Shown: positions 39,917 to 49,409 of the stretch, in pieces | How the letters are laid out: each line of letters begins with the position of its first letter | Numbering within the stretch: the first letter of the stretch is position 1 | Assembly (NCBI GenBank): GCA_964408855.1 | Contig: CAYPBB010000003.1 | Location: forward strand, 45,892-109,891 | From: an uncultured Ectothiorhodospiraceae bacterium | GTDB lineage: Bacteria > Bacteroidota > Ignavibacteria > SZUA-365 > GCA-2699105 | DNA: 64,000 bases | Direction of reading: 5' to 3' | Notes under the pieces: generated by a model | Seen by the model: only the letters and a program-made list of their open reading frames with translations | Databases searched by the model: none | What the model was told of the DNA's origin: nothing | Program-made: the position numbers and the translations under genes

Positions 39917-40906
39917 TCAGGGCACTTCGATCGTGTTGAGAATTTCCTGGATGATATCCACCGAGGTCATGTCTTCTGCCTCGGCTTCATACGTCACGGC
40001 GATACGGTGGCGGAGCACATCGAACGCGATGGCGCGGATGTCTTCGGGAATCACATATCCGCGACGGTTGATAAAGGCCATGACCTTGCCGGCCAGCGCC
40101 AGGTTGATGCTGGCGCGCGGCGAACCGCCATAGCTGATATAATTCGTCAGCTTGTCCAGACCGAAGTTTTTCGGCGTGCGCGTCGCGAATACGAGATCGA
40201 GGATGTAGCGTTCGATCTTCTCGTCCATGTACACCATATGTACCGCTTCCCTTGCGCGGAGAACGTCATCCAGAGATACAACCGGCCTCGCCGTGGGAAT
40301 TTCCGACGAGATCTGCTGGCGCATGATCTGCATTTCCTCTTCCCTGCTCGGATAGTCGATGATCACCTTCAGCATGAAGCGGTCGACCTGCGCTTCCGGC
40401 AATGGATAGGTGCCTTCCTGCTCGATCGGGTTCTGGGTCGCCATTACCAGGAAGGGTTCTTTCAGTTTATAGGTCTCTTCGCCGATGGTAACCTGCCGTT
40501 CCTGCATCGCTTCCAGCAAGGCGCTCTGGACCTTGGCGGGCGAGCGATTGATTTCGTCTGCAAGAATAAAATTGGCAAAAATCGGACCCTGTTTCGTCTG
40601 GAATTCGCCGGTCTTCTGATTGTAGATCATCGTACCGATAAGGTCGGCGGGCAGAAGATCGGGCGTAAACTGAATGCGGTGAAACGTTGCGTGCAGACAG
40701 GCGGCAAGCGTTTTGATCGCCGTGGTTTTCGCCAGACCTGGCACGCCTTCGAGCAGGATATGCCCGTTGCCGAGCAATCCGACGAGCAGCCGGTTGACCA
40801 TGTCCTTCTGTCCGATGATCACCTTGCCGATTTCCATCCGAAGCGCGTCGACGAACGCGCTTTCCTGTTGTATTCGCTGATTGATTGCCTGAATATCCAC
40901 TTCCAT
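39917..40906 (-). CDS. moxR: MoxR-family AAA+ ATPase
   Basis: The likely start is the ATG at 40906 (MEVDIQAINQRIQ...). It has Walker A (LLEGVPGLAKTT), Walker B (ILADEINRSPAKVQSALLEAMQE) and a MoxR C-terminal lid. Confidence 0.85.
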   Translation of the reverse strand: MEVDIQAINQRIQQESAFVDALRMEIGKVIIGQKDMVNRLLVGLLGNGHILLEGVPGLAKTTAIKTLAACLHATFHRIQFTPDLLPADLIGTMIYNQKTGEFQTKQGPIFANFILADEINRSPAKVQSALLEAMQERQVTIGEETYKLKEPFLVMATQNPIEQEGTYPLPEAQVDRFMLKVIIDYPSREEEMQIMRQQISSEIPTARPVVSLDDVLRAREAVHMVYMDEKIERYILDLVFATRTPKNFGLDKLTNYISYGGSPRASINLALAGKVMAFINRRGYVIPEDIRAIAFDVLRHRIAVTYEAEAEDMTSVDIIQEILNTIEVP

Positions 40907-41164
40907 GGATTCACACTCCACTGGTTCGTTGTTGCATGAAAAAACGCCTTGAAACTCGCATCGGTGCAGGGTTGGAGGCATATCAAATAAGCCGTACAAA
41001 CTTATAGCTCCGCTTCAATTCAACGCAAGATGCCGGAGCATTGCGTTCAGGGCAAATCGGAGCGACCTGCGATCCGTCACAATTTGCTATAGACGCAACG
41101 AAATGCCGTTTGTTCCATTATTTCGAAAATATCGCCGGTCTGGTTCTTTCGGCATCGAGATGGT

Positions 41165-41932
41165 TCACAATCCCCTGGCGACAAATCCTCCGTCGACGCC
41201 GATACATTGACCCGTGATGTACGATGCAACCGGGAGGCACAAAAAGACGACGGCGGCGGCTACTTCTTCGGGCTCGCCTATCCTTCCAAGAGGGGTGCTT
41301 GCGATAATTGTATCGTAGTACGCGGTGTTCGACAGCACCGGTTCCGTCAGCGGCGTGCGGATATACCACGGCGAAACCGTGTTGACACGGATACCATCTG
41401 CCGCCCAGTCAACCGCGAGGTACCGCGTGAGGTGTTCGATCGCGATTTTGCTCATCGCGTACGGAGCGCCGGTAGGAAGTATTGTCTGTGCAGCAACAGA
41501 TCCGATATTGACGATAGACGCGCCTTCTGCCCTCCGCAGCAACGAATATAGCCCGCGCGACAAATCGAATGCGCTCTCCACATTCGTGTTAAAGATGGTA
41601 GAAAGATCGTCCTGTGTGTAATCGAGAGTCGGCTTGCGGATATTTGTTCCGGCATTGTGTACCAGAATATCTAGTTGTTTGAAAAGCGCTTTTGCTTTTG
41701 CGACGACGCGCTCCCTTCCCGCAGACGTAGAAATATCTGCGACGATACCCGCCGATTTGTACCCAAGTCCGTTCCATTGCTCGATGCGTTGGTTGACGTC
41801 GGTCTCGCTTCGCGCCACGATAATCACTTTTGCTCCGAATGAGAGCAATTCTTCGGCAATCGCTCTGCCGATCCCTCTCGTTCCTCCCGTAACGAGTGCG
41901 TTTTTCCCTTCAAGTGTCCACTGTTGTTTCAC
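41165..41932 (-). CDS. SDR family NAD(P)-dependent oxidoreductase
   Basis: [12 protein letters not shown] (a TGxxxGxG variant), NAG, and catalytic S...YAMSK. Confidence 0.8.
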   Translation of the reverse strand: MKQQWTLEGKNALVTGGTRGIGRAIAEELLSFGAKVIIVARSETDVNQRIEQWNGLGYKSAGIVADISTSAGRERVVAKAKALFKQLDILVHNAGTNIRKPTLDYTQDDLSTIFNTNVESAFDLSRGLYSLLRRAEGASIVNIGSVAAQTILPTGAPYAMSKIAIEHLTRYLAVDWAADGIRVNTVSPWYIRTPLTEPVLSNTAYYDTIIASTPLGRIGEPEEVAAAVVFLCLPVASYITGQCIGVDGGFVARGL

Positions 41933-41952
41933 TGAAAACCCTATGTTCGAAT

Positions 41953-42486
41953 CTACATACTAGTGAAGTATTGTTGACGTAGTACATTCAGATGGTGCCG
42001 GACATGCCCTGCCATGATGAACGGTATCGCTCTGGCGCGGACATCGACGTTGTTCGCGTTGCCCAGGTAGTTCCATGCTTCCGCAGGTATACTCCGGATC
42101 AACGCCAGGCTGGATTCGCGCAAAACTGCGAACTCTGTGACGATGTCCCACAAAGTGCGCCTTTTTGCGCCCGCCGATCTTGCATATGCATCATGGTCGT
42201 ATCCATGAAGAGGCGTTGCATCCCCCCGGCTGATACGGAGCAGACGATAGGCAAATACCCGTTCGCCGTCGATCACATGCTGAAGCACTTCTTTGATACT
42301 CCATTTCCCTTCGGCATAAGCAAAATCGCCCTGGGAATCCGAGAGCGGCGCCAGCATCGCCTCAAGTTCGGCGGTTTGGGATTGCAACATTTCGATCAAC
42401 TCGCCTTCGCAAGCAAGGTCGATATAGTGCTGGTAGTACGGAGCAAAATCGCCGGATACCGGCCTGGGTATGGTCATCCCATTCAT
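41953..42486 (-). CDS. DinB/YfiT-like metal-dependent hydrolase family protein
   Basis: 177 aa four-helix-bundle DinB_2-like protein with a conserved His triad context (HVIDGERVF...HGYDHDAY...HVRHHLNVL). Confidence 0.6.
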   Translation of the reverse strand: MNGMTIPRPVSGDFAPYYQHYIDLACEGELIEMLQSQTAELEAMLAPLSDSQGDFAYAEGKWSIKEVLQHVIDGERVFAYRLLRISRGDATPLHGYDHDAYARSAGAKRRTLWDIVTEFAVLRESSLALIRSIPAEAWNYLGNANNVDVRARAIPFIMAGHVRHHLNVLRQQYFTSM

Positions 42487-42816
42487 GAGCCACCTTTTCG
42501 TTACAATTCATGAAATATACGATATAATGCGCTTTGATGCTCAAATCCCGGGATGTTTCGGATTCCGTTCGGTTTCGTAAGAAATTCCTCCCTGATCCGA
42601 CTCATCTGTGTGTCATAGTGATTGGAAGAAGCAATGAGATGGAATTTTCTTTCTGGACTCCAGTGTTATTCAGACTGGAAATCATCTGTCCCGGGTTCGT
42701 ATTGGGTAGCGTTGGCAGTTTTTGCAGTCTGTTGTTTACCGATGTACGCCTGCCAGCGCCCAACAGAACATGGAACGGATTCAGTGAAATCAAAGACGCT
42801 TTCACAAGGAAAAGTG

Positions 42817-43212
42817 ATGAAAACCGAACGCGAGTGGAAAGAGGAACTGACCGAAGAACAATACCGCATCACGCGGAAGAAAGGCACCGAACAGGCATTC
42901 ACGGGCAAGTACTGGAACACAAAAACTTCCGGCACATATACCTGCGTCTGTTGCGGCACGCCGCTGTTCGATTCGGCGGCCAAATACGATTCCGGTTCAG
43001 GATGGCCCAGCTTCTTCCAGCCCGTTGCGAGCGGTGCAGTGCATGAATCGGAAGATAATTCCCTGTTCATGAGGAGAACCGAGGTGACCTGCAACAAATG
43101 CGGCGCGCATCTGGGGCATGTATTTGACGACGGCCCAAAACCGACCGGCTTGCGTTATTGCATCAATTCGGCATCCCTCAATCTGATTCCATCCTCGAAG
43201 GAGAACGAATAG
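42817..43212 (+). CDS. msrB: peptide-methionine (R)-S-oxide reductase
   Basis: The ORF starts at 42622. The likely start is the ATG at 42817 ([16 protein letters not shown]), with aagga 8 nt upstream. It has the MsrB zinc CxxC pairs (CVCCGTPLF; [12 protein letters not shown]) and catalytic RYCINSASL. Confidence 0.85.
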   Translation: MKTEREWKEELTEEQYRITRKKGTEQAFTGKYWNTKTSGTYTCVCCGTPLFDSAAKYDSGSGWPSFFQPVASGAVHESEDNSLFMRRTEVTCNKCGAHLGHVFDDGPKPTGLRYCINSASLNLIPSSKENE

Positions 43213-43213
43213 A

Positions 43214-44182
43214 CTATTTCCGGGAAAGCGGCTGCCGCAAATACTTATGGAAGCCGTACTTGAATTTCGACGGTACCGAGGCAAGCGAAAGCCAGTTGAC
43301 CGGAAAGGCGAACGACGGTTCGAAATAGCAATTGATGGTGCATCCGCTGCAAAACGAGTGCCGTCCCTCGCGTTCGCGGTGCCAATCAACACGCTCCGAG
43401 CGGTGTGCGGAAATAAGGTCTCCATTGATGGGGACTTTCTCGTTATGCAGATGGTAGCAGGGCAGCAGAATTTCGTCTGCGGGCGAGATTACCACGACGC
43501 GGGAGACGGCTTTGCAAAGCGGATTCTGCGGATCGTTCCCTCCCATACGACGGAGTGCAACGAACGAAGGATTCAGATACACCATCGGTTTGCGCGCAAA
43601 ATCTTCGATATACGAAAGCGCATCGAGCGAGAGTCCTTCTTCCCGGAAATAACTGAATATGGGATTGAGCAGCAGCAGCAACCCCTTCGACGATGCCATT
43701 TCACGCACAGCCGGCAACTGCAGGTAGTTTTCGTTCGTGACCGTAAAAAGAATGTCCGGATGAGCGCCGAGACCGAGCGCGATATCGATGGATGTCATGA
43801 CGGCATCGAAGCACGCGACGCCTCGCATGCGGTCGTGTTCCTCCCTATCCGCGCTATCGAGGGAAAAGTGAAGCAGATCGACTTTGTCTTTCAGACGTTC
43901 TGCATATTTCGGATACAGCAATCCATTCGTGGTAATACTCGTCTTCATCCGCAGCCGTTTGGCTGTTTCAAGAAACAGGACAATGTCTTTATGGAGAAGC
44001 GGTTCTCCGCCGGTAAAATCGATGAACCTGACGCCTAGTTTACGTAAAGCAGGCAGGTTTCGGAGAACATCGGCGGTTTGCGCATTGCGGCTGTCGCGGA
44101 AGAGTTCATGATCGCCGAAATGGCAGAAACCGCAATAGGCGTTACATTTGTATGTGAGATAATAATTGCAGAGAATTGGCAC
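43214..44182 (-). CDS. radical SAM protein with C-terminal SPASM/twitch-like Cys cluster
   Basis: GTG start. CNAYCGFC (CxxxCxxC) occurs within residues 14-21. It has a TIM-barrel rSAM core (FTGGEPLL; TSITTNG) and a C-terminal auxiliary-cluster motif (SFCSGCTINCYF). Confidence 0.75.
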   Translation of the reverse strand: MPILCNYYLTYKCNAYCGFCHFGDHELFRDSRNAQTADVLRNLPALRKLGVRFIDFTGGEPLLHKDIVLFLETAKRLRMKTSITTNGLLYPKYAERLKDKVDLLHFSLDSADREEHDRMRGVACFDAVMTSIDIALGLGAHPDILFTVTNENYLQLPAVREMASSKGLLLLLNPIFSYFREEGLSLDALSYIEDFARKPMVYLNPSFVALRRMGGNDPQNPLCKAVSRVVVISPADEILLPCYHLHNEKVPINGDLISAHRSERVDWHREREGRHSFCSGCTINCYFEPSFAFPVNWLSLASVPSKFKYGFHKYLRQPLSRK

Positions 44183-44305
44183 GGAGGTAAGGGTCTTTCA
44201 GTATTGGTTGTATTTCTCTAAAGTACACACATTTCGCCAACGGTAAAACCCGAAACCATTCGGCCAATAGCCCGAAATCGAATCGACAATAAGCATGGTA
44301 GAAAT

Positions 44306-45652
44306 ATGAAACACTTTTATGCAACACTTTTTTTTCTGGCCGCTGTTGCCTGGACGAAGCCCGCAAACGCGCAGATTCCTGCGGAAGTCATGGACGCGGC
44401 AAGGGAACGAGTACAGGGAATGGACGGAACCAGTATGGTCATCGGTATCGTCAACGGCGACAAGGTCAGCTACGAATTTATCAACGGTTCGCCGAGGACA
44501 AGCGCGACGAAGGAGACGATTTTTGAGATCGGTTCAATCACAAAAGCATTTACCGGAATTCTTACCGCGATGGCAGCGCTGACGAAGGAAATCGATATTC
44601 GTAAACCGGTGGCGGACTATCTTCCCAAAGGAACCGTCATTCCGGAAAAGAACGGGCGGAAGATCACAGTGCAGGATCTGCTTACGCACCGGTCGGGACT
44701 CATCAGTTTTCCCGACGGTTACACTCCCCCGGATCCTCTTAATCCCTACGCACACTATACGCGCGAACAAGTGTTCCAATACCTCTCCACGTATTCGCTA
44801 ACACGAGAACCGGGCGTACAATATGAATACTCGAACCTGGGAATGGGTCTTGTTGGATTGATGCTGGAGCACCTTAAAACGAAAACGTATAGCGAAATCG
44901 TCTCTGAACGCATCTGTGCCCCGCTCGGGATGAAATCCACGTTCATCGACGTGCCTGCCCCGATGCGTCCGCTCATTGCGACGCCCTACGCGGCAACCAC
45001 GCAGGTATCCGGGTGGGATATCCCGGCGCTTGCGGCTGCAGGCGCTTTGAAATCGAGCGCCGCGGATATGACGTTGTTTCTGAAAGCCTGCCTCGGAGTT
45101 ACCGATACACCGCTGAAGGCGGCTCTGGCCCGCGCGGAAGCGCCTCTCGAAAAAACCGACATGCAGTCTGTCTCCGTCGGATACGGATGGCATATCAGGC
45201 ATTCGAAAAATGCGGATATCGTGTGGCATAATGGAGGCACGGGCGGATACAAAAGTTTTACCGGGTACATCAAACAGAAGAAGCTCGGCGTCGTCATTCT
45301 CGTCAACAATTCCACTGTGGAACCGACGGACCTGGGTGTCAAGATACTCGATGAAACCTCATCGGTAGCGCGCTTTCCAAAGACCATCGAGGTCACGAAC
45401 GAATATCTGCAAGGATTGACCGGGACATTTACTCTGGTTCCGGGATTCGCGCTTACAATCACCGCGAACGGGACGCGTCTGTTCGCACAGGCAACAGGAC
45501 AGGATAAATTCGAAATCTACCCCGAGAAGAAAGACGTGTTTTATTATAAGGTCGTCGAGGCTACTGTCGAGTTTACAAGGGACAAAGACGGAATCGTAGA
45601 CAGGTTGAAATTGAAACAAAACGGACAAACGCTCGAAGGCAAAAAGAACTGA
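44306..45652 (+). CDS. secreted serine hydrolase, beta-lactamase/S12 family
   Basis: Signal peptide (LFFLAAVAWTKPANA). It has SxxK (EIGSITKAF), YxN (YEYSNLG) and H/KTG-like (HNGGTGGY) motifs, plus a C-terminal beta-sandwich extension. Confidence 0.8.
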   Translation: MKHFYATLFFLAAVAWTKPANAQIPAEVMDAARERVQGMDGTSMVIGIVNGDKVSYEFINGSPRTSATKETIFEIGSITKAFTGILTAMAALTKEIDIRKPVADYLPKGTVIPEKNGRKITVQDLLTHRSGLISFPDGYTPPDPLNPYAHYTREQVFQYLSTYSLTREPGVQYEYSNLGMGLVGLMLEHLKTKTYSEIVSERICAPLGMKSTFIDVPAPMRPLIATPYAATTQVSGWDIPALAAAGALKSSAADMTLFLKACLGVTDTPLKAALARAEAPLEKTDMQSVSVGYGWHIRHSKNADIVWHNGGTGGYKSFTGYIKQKKLGVVILVNNSTVEPTDLGVKILDETSSVARFPKTIEVTNEYLQGLTGTFTLVPGFALTITANGTRLFAQATGQDKFEIYPEKKDVFYYKVVEATVEFTRDKDGIVDRLKLKQNGQTLEGKKN

Positions 45653-45749
45653 TATTCCGTTTCATCCGCATATCGTTCCTTGCGTGCGACGGAACCGAAC
45701 GAATCGGCGAAAAAGTCACATTTGAGACCCGCCAACCGAAGGCCGGACC

Positions 45750-46412
45750 TTGAAATACCAGCAGTTCCTCGACATAATCGAAGCGGGCGAAGGCCTGCAG
45801 ATCGAGTTCAAACGGAAGGTATCCTCCCCGGAGAAAGTCGCAAGGGAAATGATTGCCCTGGCGAACACCAAAGGAGGGATCATTCTCTTCGGAGTCGACG
45901 ACGATAAGACGATCGTCGGCGTGGAAAGCGAAAAAGGCGAACTGGAATTCATCATCCAGGCGGCGGAACTGCTCTGCGATCCGCCGGTTTCGTTCACTGT
46001 GGATATTTTTTCCACGCATGGACTGGATGTACTCTGCATCAATGTTGCGGAAAGTAGACGCAAACCTCACTTTCTGATCGAAGCAGGCGGCGAAGCGCCC
46101 AAGGCATATATCCGCGTCGGAGAGGCGAGCGTACAGGCGAGCCGCGAGATGGTGAAGGTACTGGAACATCAGAGCGGGAAAACCGGGCCGGTACGGCTCG
46201 TTGTAGGCGAGGCTGAACGGCGGCTATTCGCATATTTCGAGAACCACACGCGCATCACCGTCAAAGAGTACGCCAACCTCATCAATGTCTCTGACCGGCG
46301 CGCATCGCGCCTCCTCGTTCGGCTTGTCCGCGCGGGGATTATCGCTATCCATACCATGGAAAAAACAGATTATTTTACATTGATCCAACCGCCGGAGGCG
46401 GCGAAGACTTGA
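45750..46412 (+). CDS. AlbA_2 (Schlafen-like divergent AAA) domain putative transcriptional regulator
   Basis: AlbA_2-type N-terminus (EGLQIEFKRKVSSPEKVAREMIALANTKGGIILFGVDDDKTIVGVE) and a C-terminal winged-helix-like region. Confidence 0.6.
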   Translation: MKYQQFLDIIEAGEGLQIEFKRKVSSPEKVAREMIALANTKGGIILFGVDDDKTIVGVESEKGELEFIIQAAELLCDPPVSFTVDIFSTHGLDVLCINVAESRRKPHFLIEAGGEAPKAYIRVGEASVQASREMVKVLEHQSGKTGPVRLVVGEAERRLFAYFENHTRITVKEYANLINVSDRRASRLLVRLVRAGIIAIHTMEKTDYFTLIQPPEAAKT

Positions 46413-46452
46413 TTTTCATCCTGAAATTGGCTATGTTAAAGGACATATTTTC

Positions 46453-46525
<73 letters not shown>

Positions 46526-46532
46526 CTTCATA

Positions 46533-46566
46533 AAACATCCGGTCAGCCGTAGCTCACCGGATGTTT
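46533..46566 (+). terminator. rho-independent terminator after tRNA-Ala
   Basis: aacatccggt-cagccgtagctc-accggatgtt followed by TTTCGTTT. Confidence 0.5.
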
Positions 46567-46636
46567 TTCGTTTACCGCCCCCTGTTCCCTATTTCAATTT
46601 TCCTTATTTTGAGCGCATTACGGCTGATTACAGGTT

Positions 46637-47230
46637 ATGGAATCGACAGTTCACAGGCAGGGCAATACTCAGGGCGTCATCGAGGCGATTTGCGGAAGCA
46701 TGTTCAGCGGCAAGACCGAGGAACTTATCCGCCGATTGCGCCGCGCACAAATCGCGCGGTTGTGTGTCGCCATTTTCAAGCCCGCGATCGACGACCGTTA
46801 TAGCGATTCTCATATCGTCTCGCACAACGGTATTTCCCTCCCGTCCATCCGCGTTCAAACTGCGAGCGATATCCTCGCCCACTCGTCTGAAGTGGATGTC
46901 GTCGGAATCGACGAGGCGCAATTTTTCGACGCCAGCCTTGTCGGCGTTTGCGAAACCCTTGCCGGCATGGGCAAACGCGTCATCGTGGCGGGGTTGGATC
47001 AGGACTATCACGGCGCGCCGTTCGAGCCGATTCCGGCGCTTCTTGCCGTAGCAGAATACATCACGAAAACGCTCGCCATTTGCGTCGTTTGCGGACAGCC
47101 CGCTAACCGCACGCAACGCGTCGTCCTATCGGACGAACGCGTTCTTGTCGGCTCCGCCGAATCGTACGAAGCGCGGTGCCGAGCCTGTTTCGTTCCTGAA
47201 CCTCAGCCTAAAACCCCCGGCAACCCATGA
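46637..47230 (+). CDS. tdk: thymidine kinase
   Basis: P-loop [11 protein letters not shown], Zn ribbon (CVVCG...CRAC) and typical length (197 aa). Confidence 0.85.
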   Translation: MESTVHRQGNTQGVIEAICGSMFSGKTEELIRRLRRAQIARLCVAIFKPAIDDRYSDSHIVSHNGISLPSIRVQTASDILAHSSEVDVVGIDEAQFFDASLVGVCETLAGMGKRVIVAGLDQDYHGAPFEPIPALLAVAEYITKTLAICVVCGQPANRTQRVVLSDERVLVGSAESYEARCRACFVPEPQPKTPGNP

Positions 47231-48579
47231 TCGATCTTCTTCGCGGCGCATTCGGCATTCTCCTCCTGGTTGTCATTGCCTGGCTCTTTTCCGAGAACAG
47301 AAAAAACATTTCGTGGCGGCTCGCCGGAATCGGCTTATTATTGCAGGTCGTTTTCGGTGTGTTGATTCTGAAAGGCGGCTGGCTGCGCGCGCTCTGGACG
47401 CCGCTTGGATATCCAAAGGACGGCTTCGATTACATCAGCCAGGGGTTCGTCAAGCTGCTCGATTTCACCGGCGAAGGCGCGCGGTTTGTGTTCGGATCGC
47501 TCGCAATCCCGCCGGGGAATGAAGGCTCGCTCGGCTACTTTTTTGTCTTCCAGACCCTGATTACGATCGTGTTCTTCTCATCGCTTATAGCGGTGCTGTA
47601 CCACCTCGGTGTCATGCAGTGGATCGTCCGAATCATTGCGTGGATCATGGCAAAAACGATGAGGATCAGCGGAGCGGAATCCCTCTCGGTCTCGGCGGAT
47701 ATCTTTGTCGGGATGGTGGAAGCACCGTTGTTCGTGCGCCCGTATCTCGAAAAAATGACGCGTTCGGAATTGTTCACGCTCATGGTCGGAGGTTTGGCGA
47801 CCATTGCAGGAGGAGTGATGGCGGCCTATGTCCAAATGCTGGGGCTGGCGTACTCCGAAGTGCATGGAATAGCCGACGGCGCTGCGCGCGCCATGTTCGC
47901 GGCGCATTTACTCGGCGCCAGTGTCATGTCCGCGCCGGCGGCAATCGTGCTCAGTAAGATCATGCTACCTGAGACACTGGTTCCGGAAACATACGGCTCC
48001 GTCCGGGCGAAGATGGAGAGCAGCGCCTCGAACATCATCGATGCCGCCACGCAGGGCGCAGCCGACGGCGTGAAACTCGCGATCAACGTTGCAGCGATGC
48101 TCGTCGCGTTCATTTCCCTCGTCGCGCTTGTCAACTACCTTCTCGGCGCCGCAGGCGATGCAACAGGATTGAACAGGATGCTGGAACCTGTGTTTCATAA
48201 ACCGCTAAGCTTGCAATTGCTCTTCGGACTGGTGTTTCAATATATCGCGGTTGGAATCGGAATACCCTGGCACGATGCGTTCCATGTCGGAAGCCTTATC
48301 GGCACGAAAATAACGCTGAATGAATTCGTCGCCTACCTCGACCTTGCCCGAATGATCCGGACCGGCGTGTTGACCTCTGAAAAAACGCTGATAATGGCAT
48401 CGTTCGCACTCTGCGGCTTTGCCAACTTCGGCTCTGTTGCAATCCTGATCGGCGGTCTGGGTCCTCTCGCGCCGGGGCAACGGAACAATCTCACCGCGCT
48501 CAGTATGCGGGCGCTGCTCGCCGGGGTGTTGACAACATTGATGACCGCTACAATTGCAGGAGCTTTGGTATCGCTGTGA
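47227..48579 (+). CDS. nupC: NupC/CNT family nucleoside transporter
   Basis: 450 aa polytopic protein ([40 protein letters not shown]...). Its ATGA start overlaps the tdk stop. Confidence 0.85.
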   Translation: MIDLLRGAFGILLLVVIAWLFSENRKNISWRLAGIGLLLQVVFGVLILKGGWLRALWTPLGYPKDGFDYISQGFVKLLDFTGEGARFVFGSLAIPPGNEGSLGYFFVFQTLITIVFFSSLIAVLYHLGVMQWIVRIIAWIMAKTMRISGAESLSVSADIFVGMVEAPLFVRPYLEKMTRSELFTLMVGGLATIAGGVMAAYVQMLGLAYSEVHGIADGAARAMFAAHLLGASVMSAPAAIVLSKIMLPETLVPETYGSVRAKMESSASNIIDAATQGAADGVKLAINVAAMLVAFISLVALVNYLLGAAGDATGLNRMLEPVFHKPLSLQLLFGLVFQYIAVGIGIPWHDAFHVGSLIGTKITLNEFVAYLDLARMIRTGVLTSEKTLIMASFALCGFANFGSVAILIGGLGPLAPGQRNNLTALSMRALLAGVLTTLMTATIAGALVSL

Positions 48580-49409
48580 ACTCGACTACAATACTCGACG
48601 CGCTTTCGTCCATCCATCCCGAACCAGTCGATATCGTCGTAACCCTCGGTTCCGGATTATCGGAATTCACCGGAACACTTTCCGGCTCAACCTCGATTCG
48701 CATTTCCGATTTGCTTGGAACGACGGTTCGTGCAGTCGAGGGACATCGGGCGGCGGTTGTGTTTGGAAGCATCGGCACGAAGCGCGTTCTGACGTTCAGC
48801 GGTAGATTCCACATGTACGAAGGCCATTCATTCGACGTTTCGTCGCTTCCGGCGGCGGCAAGCAGCCGTTTCAATGCCTCTCTTATGATTGCAACAAATG
48901 CAGCCGGAGGCGTAAATCCGCTTTTATCTCCCGGCGATTTCATGCTTATTAACGATTATCTGTTACTCCCTGTTGCAGTGCAGGAGTTCGGTTCGGCAGA
49001 AAATCGGCATGAGAAGGAACAACGCGACCGCGCAACCGCCATTTCGGCAGATGCCATGCGCATGATCGGCGAAACGGCGAGGAGATTATCGATGACGCTC
49101 CATACGGGAACATATGCATACGTCTCCGGTCCCAGCTACGAAACGAAAGCGGAAATCGCGATGCTCCGCCGGTCCGGGGTCGATGCGGTGGGTATGTCCA
49201 CCGTTCCCGAATTGATAACGGCGACGCGGTTCGGAATTCCATGGCTCGGAATTTCATGCATCACCAATAAAGCGGCGGGAATGCATTCGCATATATCTCA
49301 TCACGACGTTCTCCATACCGCCTCGCTGAACGGATCGAAACTCGCTTCCCTGCTCCGGGAATTCATCATGGAGTATCACAACTCAGGCGCCGATCGTTGT
49401 TCAGAATAG
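48576..49409 (+). CDS. purine nucleoside phosphorylase (PNP-I/PunA type)
   Basis: 277 aa PNP/UDP phosphorylase fold (VVTLGSGLSEF...GRFHMYEGH...GMSTVPELITA...). Its start overlaps the nupC stop by 4 nt. Confidence 0.8.
   Translation: MNSTTILDALSSIHPEPVDIVVTLGSGLSEFTGTLSGSTSIRISDLLGTTVRAVEGHRAAVVFGSIGTKRVLTFSGRFHMYEGHSFDVSSLPAAASSRFNASLMIATNAAGGVNPLLSPGDFMLINDYLLLPVAVQEFGSAENRHEKEQRDRATAISADAMRMIGETARRLSMTLHTGTYAYVSGPSYETKAEIAMLRRSGVDAVGMSTVPELITATRFGIPWLGISCITNKAAGMHSHISHHDVLHTASLNGSKLASLLREFIMEYHNSGADRCSE

Noticed and set aside
40007-40939. 310-aa plus-strand ORF within moxR
   Set aside because: It is an antisense shadow of moxR.
43247-44038. 263-aa plus-strand ORF within the radical SAM gene
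   Set aside because: It is antisense. The minus-strand frame carries the CxxxCxxC and SPASM motifs.
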